64,000 nt of DNA from the NCBI GenBank assembly GCA_034435375.1, contig DAOTXR010000048.1, positions 16,984-80,983 on the forward strand, in the 5' to 3' direction. The notes beneath the pieces are model-generated. The model was given only the letters and a program-made list of their open reading frames with translations. It was not told where the DNA came from and ran no database searches. Position numbers and translations under genes: made by a program. Source of the DNA: Anaerolineae bacterium (lineage in GTDB: Bacteria; Chloroflexota; Anaerolineae; Aggregatilineales; UBA3940). Below are positions 40,462 to 49,779 of the stretch, one piece after another. Within the stretch, counting starts at the first letter, position 1; every line of letters starts with the position of its first letter.

Positions 40462-41373
40462 TCAGGACCTTGTGCCCAGCCTGCTGAGCAACCGTATCTG
40501 CTCTAGCCCCGCTGCAGTGTAGACAGCCAATGAGCTGAGGAATGTAACCTGGTGCTCTGAAAGCGGTTCGGCCAGTGTAGTGATGACTAGTGCGCCAACC
40601 GTCCCGCCGACATACATGGGAACGGCCAGCGGTACTGTGAACTCCTGGACTGTGTCATCGTACTCGGCCCCACCCACACGCGGCTCATTAGCCTGGATGA
40701 CCTCCCAGGCTAAGCTGTCATCCAGTGGCGTGCCAAGTACCTCCACGCCTCCGCCAACCCCAGTGCGGGCCAGGCAGATCAGCGACTGCTCATCCTCGGC
40801 CACCAGCAGCAGGCGTGCCGATTGAGGCCTCACAACCTGCATCACGGCCTCCAGTGCACGTACAGCCAGGGCTGAGGTAGTGGATGTAGTAACAAGCGCC
40901 CTGCCGACCTCGGCCAGTATCTTGAGGTCTTGCACCTGCTGAGCCAGGTTGTCATTAGCTGCCATCAGTTGGGCTGTCAGGTTGTCACGTTCCTCACGAA
41001 GCCGCCGCTCTGTCAGGGCCTGCTCAATAGCTTCCAGCAACTCATCCTCGGAAAACGGCTTGATGATGTAGTTCCGCACCCCCAGCCGGAAGACCTCGAT
41101 GGCAATTTCCTCTGAGCCATACATTGTCATCAGGACAACTGGGACGGCAATGTTGTACTCGCGCAACTTGTGGAGGAACCCGACTCCATCTAGGCGTGGC
41201 ATCTGGAGGTCCAGCAAGATCAGATCAGGTGTCACCTTCTTCAGAAGCTCGATCGCCTCCAGACCATCTTTGGCCTCCAGGTAGTCGTAGGCGTTAGGCT
41301 TCAGGATGTACTTGGTGATCGTCTCGCGGATATCGGCACCATCGTCTACCACCAGAATGCGCTCACCAGTCAT
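40462..41373 (-). CDS. Response regulator: receiver domain, coiled-coil, GAF-like domain, no recognisable output domain
   Basis: 303 aa. RILVVDDGADIRE, phospho-acceptor context LILLDLQMPRLDG, KPF. The C-terminal ~150 aa have a GAF-like pattern. No adjacent kinase. Confidence 0.8.
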   Translation of the reverse strand: MTGERILVVDDGADIRETITKYILKPNAYDYLEAKDGLEAIELLKKVTPDLILLDLQMPRLDGVGFLHKLREYNIAVPVVLMTMYGSEEIAIEVFRLGVRNYIIKPFSEDELLEAIEQALTERRLREERDNLTAQLMAANDNLAQQVQDLKILAEVGRALVTTSTTSALAVRALEAVMQVVRPQSARLLLVAEDEQSLICLARTGVGGGVEVLGTPLDDSLAWEVIQANEPRVGGAEYDDTVQEFTVPLAVPMYVGGTVGALVITTLAEPLSEHQVTFLSSLAVYTAAGLEQIRLLSRLGTRS

Positions 41374-41502
41374 AGGGATACCCCTGTCACACTAACACGG
41401 ACCGGATTGGTCCTGGCAGAGTCAATGGGGAAAGACTTACTGCCAGTATAGCATTGCTGGATGTGGGAAGCCAAAGAGAATGGCATAGAGGGCATCAAAA
41501 TA

Positions 41503-41532
41503 CAGGAGGCGCAAAATATCTTGCGCCTCCTG
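41503..41532 (-). terminator. Rho-independent terminator of pheST
   Basis: CAGGAGGCGCAA-aatatc-TTGCGCCTCCTG perfect 12-bp stem. On the minus strand it is followed by TATTTTG. Lies 24 nt after the pheT stop. Confidence 0.8.
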
Positions 41533-41555
41533 TGAAGTCTGCAAGTATCTAACAC

Positions 41556-44228
41556 TCACGCCCGCAGGCGAGCGCCCAGTTTTGACTCCAGCGTCTTGAC
41601 GATCTTCTCGCGAATCCGGTCGACGTCCTTATCGCGCAAAGTCTTGTCGTCGGCCTGGAAGGTCAGCGCGTAGGCCAGGCTCTTTTTACCAGCGCCAATC
41701 TGGCCACCCCGATACACGTCGAACAGCCGCACACTGCGCAATAGCCATCCCCCGGCCTCGCGGATCACGGTCTCCACCTCAGCCGCGGGGATTGACTCGT
41801 CTACCACGATGGCAATGTCCTGGTAGACTGCCGGATAGCTCGACACGGGTCGGATGCAGTGCGGGCCTGGCACAGCCTCGATCAGGGCGCTCAGGTCCAA
41901 TTCGGCAATCAATACCGGCTGGTCAGGCAGATCGAAGGCTTCGCGCACCAGAGGGTGTAGTTCCCCCATCGTGCCGATCTCAGCGCCGTTCACTTTCACG
42001 CAGGCCGTCCGCCCCGGAAAGAACGTGTTATGTTCGGCGGCTTCGTAACTCACATTGTCGATGTGCAGTCCAGCCACCAGCATTTCGACCACGCCCTTAA
42101 GATCGAAGTAGTCCATTAGTGCAGGCCCAGCATCGCGCGGGTCTTGCCATGTAGGAAGCACTCGTTCGCCAGTCATGGCCAGGCACAGGTGGCCGATTTC
42201 AGCAGGCAGCTTTTCATCCTTGACTGGCCAGTAGACCTGTCCGATCTCAAACAAAGCCAGCCGTGTAGTCAGCCGAATGTTGGTTGCGAGGACGGCAAGC
42301 ATACGTGCCAGCAATGTATGCCGCAGCACGGTCTGATCCTGGTTGATGGGATTGGCGATCTGGACATAAGGTAGCTGAGGCCAGCTTGACTGAGCTTCTG
42401 GCGGCGTCAGTTTCGCCTCAAGCATCGGTGTGGTCATGCTGTGCGTGACGACTTCCTGGAACCCGGCTTTAACCAGCAGATCGCGAATCATCTCCTCGCG
42501 CTCAAGTGACATGTTAGCCCGCTGGGGAGGAAGCTCGTCTTTGAGCAGGGTGGCTGGGATGCGATCGTAGCCGTAGATCCGTGCGATCTCCTCCAGCAGA
42601 TCAGCTCGGGCAATCACATCCTGGATGTCTTGTTCCGCCGGGCTGTTCGTGAACCCGATGTCTAGTCTGTGGTCAGGCGCGATGACACGCAGCATGTCTG
42701 CGCCGATCCGCTCTACTTTGAACTCAAGCGATTCAAGGATCGCAGTGACCTCATCGCAACTGACAGCAATGCCGAGGATGCGATCCACTTCTTCCATGGG
42801 TAGGTCTACTGCGATCTCTGGCGCGGTTCGCGGGTACTCATCCAGAATGCCCTGTGCGATCTCACCTCCAGCGATCTGGCGCATCAGCTCGATGGCACGC
42901 CGCAGACCAACCTCGGCCAGGGCAGGGTGAACCCCTCGGCTGAAGCGATCGGCTGCCTCGGAGCTGATCTCCTGGCCGCGTTTGCGCTGTGCGCTGAGCG
43001 TCTGCCGGATGTTGATGAAGTTCCAACTCGCTGCCTCGAGCAGCACATTGGTTGTGCTGTGGGGGCGGATGTCGGCCTTGCCGTGCTTAGGCTTCTCGTC
43101 TTCCGGAAGCGATACCCCCTGCCCATCGAGTACGTACTGGGAGGCATCGTAAACCTCTGACTCAAGCCCGCCCATGATCCCAGCGATGCTCAGGGCGCCC
43201 GCCGTATCTGTCACAAGCTCGGTGAATGAGTCCAATGTGCGGTCAATGCCGTCAAGCGTGGTCAGCTTCTCGCCCGGTTCTGCCCGCCGCGTGATGATCG
43301 TCGGTGTAGTGCCCTCAGCTCGCTCGACCAACACGTCGTAGTCAAAGGCATGCAAAGGCTCGCCAAACTCCATCATCACATAATTGGTAATATCGACAAT
43401 GTTGTTGATCGGACGCATGCCGACCAATCTCAATCGTCGCTGCATCCATTCCGGCGAAGGGGCGAGAGTGACTCCTCTGATCAGTGCCAACATGAAGCGC
43501 GGATTCAGCTCAGGTTCGCGGATCTCAATGTGGGCCTGTCCCTGGATCGGCGCGCCAGTGGCGACAACCTCCAGTGATGGGTAGCGGACCTGCTGACCGG
43601 TGAGGGCTGCCACTTCCCGCGCGATGCCCACTATCGATTGGCAACGGGCCATGTTGGGTGTGATAGCAATGTCGAAGATCACGTCGCCAAGTACGTCTTG
43701 CAGAGGCGTGCCGGGTGGAGCATCGCTTGTCAACAGCAGGATGCCCTCGTGATCATCAGAGAGGCCCAACTCTTTCTCGGAGCATACCATGCTCTTGTTG
43801 TCGATCCCCCGCAGTTTGCGCGGCTTGATGATCAGGCGAGAGCCATCGTCCTTGTGCCCATCTATCAGTTCTGCCCCCTCGCGAGCATAGGGCGCGACCA
43901 GCGGTGGGTTGAGCGGCCCTTGACTCTTGTATGGGTACAAGTTGGGGGCGCCAGTGACAACCGTCTCGACCTCTCCGATTCCCGATTCGACTATCGCCAG
44001 CACCAGCCGATCGGCGTCGGGATGGGGTTTCACTTCGAGGATGTGGCCGATCACAACCTTCTCGCGATCCCACACTAAGTGGTTTGTCTGAACACCCTGA
44101 CCTGCTGGAACGCCAATATACTTAATGTTCTCGACTTCCAGACCGGCCATTGTCAGGCGATGTGCCAGTTCCTCAACTGGCATCTTGATATCTACATAGT
44201 CTTTAAGCCATGAAAGCGGCACCAGCAT
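41556..44228 (-). CDS. pheT: Phenylalanine--tRNA ligase beta subunit
   Basis: 890 aa. MLVPLSWLKDYVD N-terminus, tRNA-binding domain, B3/4, B5, FDX-ACB-like C-terminus. Downstream of pheS. Confidence 0.95.
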   Translation of the reverse strand: MLVPLSWLKDYVDIKMPVEELAHRLTMAGLEVENIKYIGVPAGQGVQTNHLVWDREKVVIGHILEVKPHPDADRLVLAIVESGIGEVETVVTGAPNLYPYKSQGPLNPPLVAPYAREGAELIDGHKDDGSRLIIKPRKLRGIDNKSMVCSEKELGLSDDHEGILLLTSDAPPGTPLQDVLGDVIFDIAITPNMARCQSIVGIAREVAALTGQQVRYPSLEVVATGAPIQGQAHIEIREPELNPRFMLALIRGVTLAPSPEWMQRRLRLVGMRPINNIVDITNYVMMEFGEPLHAFDYDVLVERAEGTTPTIITRRAEPGEKLTTLDGIDRTLDSFTELVTDTAGALSIAGIMGGLESEVYDASQYVLDGQGVSLPEDEKPKHGKADIRPHSTTNVLLEAASWNFINIRQTLSAQRKRGQEISSEAADRFSRGVHPALAEVGLRRAIELMRQIAGGEIAQGILDEYPRTAPEIAVDLPMEEVDRILGIAVSCDEVTAILESLEFKVERIGADMLRVIAPDHRLDIGFTNSPAEQDIQDVIARADLLEEIARIYGYDRIPATLLKDELPPQRANMSLEREEMIRDLLVKAGFQEVVTHSMTTPMLEAKLTPPEAQSSWPQLPYVQIANPINQDQTVLRHTLLARMLAVLATNIRLTTRLALFEIGQVYWPVKDEKLPAEIGHLCLAMTGERVLPTWQDPRDAGPALMDYFDLKGVVEMLVAGLHIDNVSYEAAEHNTFFPGRTACVKVNGAEIGTMGELHPLVREAFDLPDQPVLIAELDLSALIEAVPGPHCIRPVSSYPAVYQDIAIVVDESIPAAEVETVIREAGGWLLRSVRLFDVYRGGQIGAGKKSLAYALTFQADDKTLRDKDVDRIREKIVKTLESKLGARLRA

Positions 44229-44276
44229 AATCTTTTACTCCAGCCTGTCCTTTTGAGATACGCGCGGGGTCTGGAT

Positions 44277-45266
44277 TCAGAACTGTTCCAGGAAACGCAG
44301 ATCGTTGCCCCAGAAATAGCGGATGTCCTCGATACCGTGTTTAATCATCGTGATGCGTTCCGGCCCGATCCCAAATGCAAAACCGGAGTACAGCCGCGGA
44401 TCGTAGCCGCCGTTTTTCAGCACAACCGGGTGTACCATCCCCGCGCCGCCGATCTCCAGCCAGCCACCTTCCCATTCCACGTCAACCTCAACGCTTGGCT
44501 CGGTGAAAGGGAAGTGTGAGCAGCGGAAACGCACCTGCCTCCCTTCGCCGTACACCCGATGGGCATAAGCTATCATCGTTCCTTTCAGGTCGGACATACG
44601 CACATGCTTCCCAACGGCCAGCCCTTCGACCTGATTAAACTGCGTCTCATGGGTGGCGTCGATCTGCTCGTACCGGTAGCACATACCCGGCAGAATCACG
44701 CGGATCGGCTCTGGCGCGTACTCGCGCATCACACGTATCTGGCCTGGTGAAGTGTGGGTCCGCAGCAGCACACCCTCTGTGGTGGTGTAAAGGGTATCCC
44801 ACATGTCGCGAGCCGGATGGTGCGGCGGCATGTTAAGCAGGGTGAAATTGTAGTCATCGTACTCCACATCCCGGCTGCGATATACTTGGAAGCCCATCTC
44901 TGCCCAGATGTGACGAATCTCGCGCAGCGTTAGCGTCGAGGGATGCAGCCGGCCAACTGGCATTGGCCGTCCCGGCAGTGTGACATCGATGGAGCCTTCT
45001 TCCATGCTGCGGGCTAATTCGTGAGTCTTGAGCAGCTCCTCGCGCGCAGCGAAGGCTGCCTCAAGTTCCTGCCGCACTTCATTGGCCAGTTTGCCCACTG
45101 CCGGGCGCTCTTCGGGTGAGAGCTGGCCAAGCGAGCGCAGGATCGCAGTCAGCTCTCCCTTTTTGCCCAATATGGCATTGTACCGCTGTCTGAGAGCATC
45201 TGTTGTGGGGATCGTCTCGATCTCCTTAAGGGTCAGTTCCCTGAGCATCTTTAACTTTTCCAGCAT
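44277..45266 (-). CDS. pheS: Phenylalanine--tRNA ligase alpha subunit
   Basis: 329 aa. HPARDMWDT, class II motifs (FRCSHFPFTEPS, GAGMVHP, GFAFGIGPERI). Confidence 0.95.
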   Translation of the reverse strand: MLEKLKMLRELTLKEIETIPTTDALRQRYNAILGKKGELTAILRSLGQLSPEERPAVGKLANEVRQELEAAFAAREELLKTHELARSMEEGSIDVTLPGRPMPVGRLHPSTLTLREIRHIWAEMGFQVYRSRDVEYDDYNFTLLNMPPHHPARDMWDTLYTTTEGVLLRTHTSPGQIRVMREYAPEPIRVILPGMCYRYEQIDATHETQFNQVEGLAVGKHVRMSDLKGTMIAYAHRVYGEGRQVRFRCSHFPFTEPSVEVDVEWEGGWLEIGGAGMVHPVVLKNGGYDPRLYSGFAFGIGPERITMIKHGIEDIRYFWGNDLRFLEQF

Positions 45267-45335
45267 AGCTCCTCCTGGATCGGCAGCCTATTCGACATTA
45301 GACGCTCTCCGCCGCGAGCCACTGTGCCTGTAGCC

Positions 45336-45678
45336 CAAACAAAAACTCCCATCCCCTCTCAGGGACGGGAGCGACAAATCTGGATCTCGCTCACGTGGTA
45401 CCACCCTGCTTGGCCGATGCATAGATAGCATTAGCCCTCTCCTCACCAACGGCGCTCTGGCGCATTATGCCCCTCGGCGCGATTGGCTACCCGTGTAACG
45501 GCGGGCTACCCGGAGTGGACTACTAGGCGCGTCCCGCTCAGTGCCGTTGGCCCATCGGCTCCGGAGAGAATGTCTGCAACCGGCGTTCGAATCGGGCTTC
45601 CAGTCTCAGGCCCGATCTCCCTGGCGATGCCTCACGCCACAAACCCGTCTCCCTCACAGCCGTTCAGGTATGCAATTG
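45336..45678 (-). promoter_or_regulatory. T-box leader (tRNA-sensing riboswitch) of pheST with intrinsic terminator
   Basis: Minus-strand read contains the conserved T-box motif AGGGUGGUACCACG (45394-45407). It is followed by terminator CUCCCGUCCCUGAGAGGGGAUGGGAG + UUUUUG (hairpin 45346-45371, U-tract 45336-45345). AGGGU of the T-box can pair with GUCCCU in the 5' arm of the terminator (antiterminator competition). UGGU is compatible with an A73 tRNA. The 5' boundary is set by the predicted promoter. The stem I/specifier was not resolved by eye. Confidence 0.75.
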
Positions 45679-45684
45679 GGCGGG

Positions 45685-45713
45685 ATTATGCCACCCGCCT
45701 GGGGAATTGTCAA
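45685..45713 (-). promoter_or_regulatory. Sigma-70-type promoter driving the pheST T-box leader
   Basis: Minus strand: -35 TTGACA (45708-45713), exactly 17-nt spacer, -10 CATAAT (45685-45690), with TGG just upstream of the -10. Confidence 0.6.
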
Positions 45714-45819
45714 ATGCGGCTTCAGAAGACCTGCAACCTATGGAATAAGCCTGCATCTAATCGGTTAGAACAGACGAAGAACTGCGCCTAGCGCATAGCT
45801 GAAAGATGAGGGCTTAATC

Positions 45820-46206
45820 ATGGAGATGGAAGTCGTTTTTCCAGGTGACCTGCGCGTTGATGCCGTGATGGGGGACATGGTCATCCCAACCGACCAGAAT
45901 GGCTCGGCTCCGGCGCCCTTTGGGCTATTTCTGGCTTCGATTGGTACGTGTGCGGGGATCTATGTGTTGAGTTTCTGTAAGCAGCGCAACCTACCCACCG
46001 ACCACATCCGCATCGTTCAGCGGATGCGAACTAATCCTTTTACGCGCATGGTCGAGGAAATTGAACTGGATATCCAGCTTCCCCCTGACTTTCCGGAGAA
46101 GTATATAGAGGCTGTGATCCGCGCTGCCGACCAGTGTGCGGTCAAGAAGCACCTCGAAAATCCCCCTGTGTTCAACGTTCATACTTCAGTGGTCGAGTCC
46201 GTTTGA
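45820..46206 (+). CDS. OsmC-family protein
   Basis: 128 aa. APAPFGLFLASIGTCAGIYVLSFC... and AADQCAVKKHL pattern (two conserved Cys) typical of OsmC/Ohr-like proteins. Confidence 0.7.
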   Translation: MEMEVVFPGDLRVDAVMGDMVIPTDQNGSAPAPFGLFLASIGTCAGIYVLSFCKQRNLPTDHIRIVQRMRTNPFTRMVEEIELDIQLPPDFPEKYIEAVIRAADQCAVKKHLENPPVFNVHTSVVESV

Positions 46207-46345
46207 TCGGGCTTTGAGGGGTTGGCCAGGAGGCGCTTCGGGGCTGATCTCACATGATCGGGTCACCCCTTAGGCGCTTTGAAGGTTTAGATGATGTACA
46301 GCGGCCATGCCCTCCTCAGTTTCTGTAGTGGGGCAGGCCGCTCTG

Positions 46346-47419
46346 TCATACACCATCGTCAGCAGTGCCGACATGAGCGCGATAAGCCTTGACCCATTCC
46401 TGGTCGTAGCGGGCAATGTACTCCTCCACCCGCTCGACCAGCTCTTTGTTGCCGGCGTAGAAGGGGGTCCGCTGGTGCAGGCTATGTGGCTGGATGTTCA
46501 GGATACGGTGGACGCCGTCCGAGGCGCTGCCTCCTGCCTGTTCGGCGATCAAGGCCAGCGGAGCACACTCATAGCACAGGCGCAGCTTGCCGAAGGGTTT
46601 GGTCGGCTCGATGGTATCAGGAGGGTACAAGAAGATGCCCCCTGACAACAGATTGCGGTGAAAATCGGCTACCATGGAGCCAACGTACCGCAACGATAGC
46701 CCCTTGTAAGGCTGCTCTTCATCCTGCCCGGTGATCCACTTCACATATCGACGTATCCCTTCAGACCAGTACTTGTCGTGTCCCTGGTTTATGCTGTAGT
46801 ACTTGGGTCTTTCAGGGATGTGGATGTTCTCGTGTGAGAGCAGGAACTCACCCACGCTGGGATCGAGCGTGAAGCCATGCACCCCTTGCCCGGCAGTGTA
46901 GACTAGCATGGTGCTAGAACCAAAGATCACGTAGCCGGCGGCCACCTGCCGATATCCCGGCTGGAGCAGGTCCTTTAGCCCACACTCCTCTTCAGGGGGT
47001 GTGATGCGACGGTGAATGGAGAAAATGGTGCCGATGCTGATGTTGTAATCAATGTTTGAGGAGCCATCGAGTGGATCAAACAACAGAACGTAGTTGCCGC
47101 GTGGAAAGCGGTCGGGGATGGCGATAGGGTCGGGGTCCTCTTCGGAAGCCATGATGCACAGTCGACCAGTGTGATCCATCATGTGGATCATGGTCTGGTT
47201 GGCAAACACATCGAGCTTTTGCTGTTCTTCCCCCTGGATATTGCTCGTCCCGGCGCGCCCCAAGATGTTGACCAGTCCAGCACGGGTCGTCTCGCGGGCG
47301 ATGATCTTGGCCGCCAGCGCGATGTCGTACATCAACCCAGTGAAGACCCCGGTAGCGTGTGGGAATTGTCTCTGCTGGTCGAGAATGTGGCGCTCAATCG
47401 TGACCAGTGTCGAGGTCAT
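46346..47419 (-). CDS. fbp: Fructose-1,6-bisphosphatase class 1
   Basis: 357 aa. [64 protein letters not shown]. Confidence 0.93.
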   Translation of the reverse strand: MTSTLVTIERHILDQQRQFPHATGVFTGLMYDIALAAKIIARETTRAGLVNILGRAGTSNIQGEEQQKLDVFANQTMIHMMDHTGRLCIMASEEDPDPIAIPDRFPRGNYVLLFDPLDGSSNIDYNISIGTIFSIHRRITPPEEECGLKDLLQPGYRQVAAGYVIFGSSTMLVYTAGQGVHGFTLDPSVGEFLLSHENIHIPERPKYYSINQGHDKYWSEGIRRYVKWITGQDEEQPYKGLSLRYVGSMVADFHRNLLSGGIFLYPPDTIEPTKPFGKLRLCYECAPLALIAEQAGGSASDGVHRILNIQPHSLHQRTPFYAGNKELVERVEEYIARYDQEWVKAYRAHVGTADDGV

Positions 47420-47486
47420 GCCGCCTCCTCGTCGATCCCGCTGCCGATTTCTCAGAGCTCAGTTCTCATGACTTACTTGAAGAGCT

Positions 47487-48302
47487 TCAGAGCACAACGA
47501 ACGTCAGGTAGTAGTAGCCCAACAGCACACCAATGATGAGCGCATCGATTCGATCCAGAAAGCCACCATGTCCGGGGATGAGCTGGCTGGAATCTTTGGC
47601 TTTGACGTGACGCTTGAGGATACTAATGCCTAGGTCGCCCACGGGGCCAATGGCCGAGATCAGCAGGCCAATCACAAGGCCATGAAGAGGAGATACTGCT
47701 ACACTTGCGCCAAGCTCTCGCCAGGCCAACGTCGCGGCAGTTGAAATGGCGCCACCGATAACTATCCCCCCCAGGTAGCCTTCCAGGGTTTTGCCAGGGC
47801 TGATGTCGTGGATGAGGGGAGTGTGTCCAACAGTCCGCCCAACCAGGTAGGCGCCGGTATCGGCGGCCCATGTAGCGAACACCACGGTCAGTGTCCAGAA
47901 CAGACCATCGTTTAGCGCCCGTAGGCTGATAAAGTGTGCTGCCGACCAGCCGATATAGAGGCTCCCGGCCAACGTCATCGCAAAGCCTGTAAAAGCGTTA
48001 GCAGTTCCCTGGCGATAGCGAACCAGCGCCCAGGCCATACTTAGCACCAGCAGCAAAGCCGTGCCTGGAGCAAGCAGCTGCGCCTGAGGCAAGACACGGT
48101 CGATGACAAACAGCAGCATCCACAGCAGCATCAATCCACTAGAGGCCCGGTGTCCTTGACGGGCAACCAGATGGACGAACTCCAATAGGGCAATGGAGCC
48201 GATGATCAGCACCAGCAGAGCCGTCCAGATGCCTCCAGCGGCGAGCAACACCAGGACAGGCACGCCAAGCAGAATGCCACTGACAAAACGATCACGAAAC
48301 AC
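47487..48302 (-). CDS. cdsA: Phosphatidate cytidylyltransferase
   Basis: 271 aa polytopic. C-terminal signature SILKRHVKAKDSSQLIPGHGGFLDRIDAL. Confidence 0.9.
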   Translation of the reverse strand: MFRDRFVSGILLGVPVLVLLAAGGIWTALLVLIIGSIALLEFVHLVARQGHRASSGLMLLWMLLFVIDRVLPQAQLLAPGTALLLVLSMAWALVRYRQGTANAFTGFAMTLAGSLYIGWSAAHFISLRALNDGLFWTLTVVFATWAADTGAYLVGRTVGHTPLIHDISPGKTLEGYLGGIVIGGAISTAATLAWRELGASVAVSPLHGLVIGLLISAIGPVGDLGISILKRHVKAKDSSQLIPGHGGFLDRIDALIIGVLLGYYYLTFVVL

Positions 48303-48304
48303 AG

Positions 48305-49042
48305 CTATTTGACGCGGCCAAACCGCCGGTCACGTTGAGCAAAGTGAATGAGTGCCTTGAGTAGTTCTTCTCTGTCGAAATCGGGCCAGTACACTGGTGC
48401 AAAGTAACACTCAGCGTAGGCTCCCTGCCAGAGCAGGAAATTGCTCAGACGCAACTCCCCGCTGGTACGGATGATAAGGTCTGGGTCAGGCAGGTCGCCG
48501 GTGTACAGGTAGCGGCTCACCAGCTCTTCGGTGATCTCTTCTGGCCTGTAACCCTGCCTGACGATCTCCTGAATGGCATGAACGATCTCGGCGCGTCCTC
48601 CGTAGTTAAAGGCCACGTTAAGGATCAAGCGGTTGTTGTCCTTGGTCAACTCAATGGCCTGATACACCTTCTGCTGAAGGTCCTGATCGATACGAGACAG
48701 ATCGCCCAGATGGCGAAGCTGTACTCCCTCGGCATGCAATTCGCCTAACTCGCGGTCGATCACATCGCGCAGAATTGACAATAGCCCCTTGACCTCGGCC
48801 TCAGGACGTCCCCAGTTCTCAGTGGAGAAGGCATAGATTGTCAGAATCTTGACGCCAAACTCTACACAGGCACGCAGCACGCGCCGCAGATTCTCCGTTC
48901 CGGCACGATGTCCTGCCAGGCGAGGCAGCCCACGTTGCTTAGCCCAACGCCCATTCCCATCCATGATGATGGCAATGTGGATGGGCACGCGGTCGGGTGC
49001 CAGCCCAACCTCTTGATCGGGCGTTGTTCGTACTAAGTCCAT
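48305..49042 (-). CDS. uppS: Isoprenyl (undecaprenyl) diphosphate synthase
   Basis: 245 aa. [40 protein letters not shown]. Confidence 0.93.
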   Translation of the reverse strand: MDLVRTTPDQEVGLAPDRVPIHIAIIMDGNGRWAKQRGLPRLAGHRAGTENLRRVLRACVEFGVKILTIYAFSTENWGRPEAEVKGLLSILRDVIDRELGELHAEGVQLRHLGDLSRIDQDLQQKVYQAIELTKDNNRLILNVAFNYGGRAEIVHAIQEIVRQGYRPEEITEELVSRYLYTGDLPDPDLIIRTSGELRLSNFLLWQGAYAECYFAPVYWPDFDREELLKALIHFAQRDRRFGRVK

Positions 49043-49046
49043 AAAA

Positions 49047-49604
49047 TCACACTTCCCTGATCTCCTGCTCCTTGCGCTGCCCTACCTTGTCGGCCTCCTC
49101 GATATAGTAGTCGGTCAACTTTTGTAGGTCTTCCTTGCCGCGAAAGAGTTCATCTTCAGAGATCAACTTCTCTTTTTCGAGCTCACGCAGATCGTCAAGC
49201 GTGTCACGGCGGACGTTGCGGACGGCCACCTTTGCTTCTTCGACCCGTCTGTGCACCACCTTAACCAGATCCTGCCGCCGCTCTTCAGTCAGTGGCGGGA
49301 TGGTCAGCCGGATCAGCTTGCCATCATTGCTGGGGGTCAGCCCCAGGTCCGAGGACTGGATGGCTTTTTCGATGGTGGCGATCGACTTAGGATCAAATGG
49401 CCGGATGGTAATCAGTTGCGGCTCAGGTGCGCTAATGGTAGCTAACTGCTGGAGCGGGGTCGGTGTGCCGTAGTAAGGAACCATCAGCCGTTCTACCAGT
49501 GCTGGCGAAGCACGACCTGTCCGGATGGCGGCCATATCATCTTCCAGAGCTTTGATAGCGCTTTTCATGCGGACTTCTGCATCGTGTAAGGTGTCTTTGA
49601 TCAT
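49047..49604 (-). CDS. frr: Ribosome recycling factor
   Basis: 185 aa. [11 protein letters not shown]..., [32 protein letters not shown]. Confidence 0.95.
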   Translation of the reverse strand: MIKDTLHDAEVRMKSAIKALEDDMAAIRTGRASPALVERLMVPYYGTPTPLQQLATISAPEPQLITIRPFDPKSIATIEKAIQSSDLGLTPSNDGKLIRLTIPPLTEERRQDLVKVVHRRVEEAKVAVRNVRRDTLDDLRELEKEKLISEDELFRGKEDLQKLTDYYIEEADKVGQRKEQEIREV

Positions 49605-49779
49605 TGTACACAGACTCCGGTGTAAGTACGCAGTTCAAGCACATCTCAGAGGCTGCAGTCGAAGGTCTCCGCACACTCGACGACCAGCGCGTTCTCATTG
49701 TGTCGCATCTAGGAATGGTTGTCAACCAATCCCTTCAGACCTGAGAGGTCCTGAAAGCTTCGAGTGGACCTTGCCCACC

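Noticed and set aside
41370-41555. 61-aa minus-strand ORF filling the pheT / response-regulator intergenic region
   Set aside because: It runs through the pheST terminator hairpin, has no SD, and is Cys/Arg-rich with no motif.
41556-44228. PheT (890 aa) and RecJ (771 aa, 10462..12777) being longer than the E. coli proteins
   Set aside because: The extra length looks like lineage-typical insertions or C-terminal extensions in otherwise collinear housekeeping proteins. There is no separate domain signature to report.
45575-45600. GTTCGAATC resembling a tRNA T-arm on the plus strand
   Set aside because: The flanking bases do not form a 5-bp T-stem, and no acceptor or anticodon arms can be drawn. 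The segment lies within the minus-strand pheS leader.
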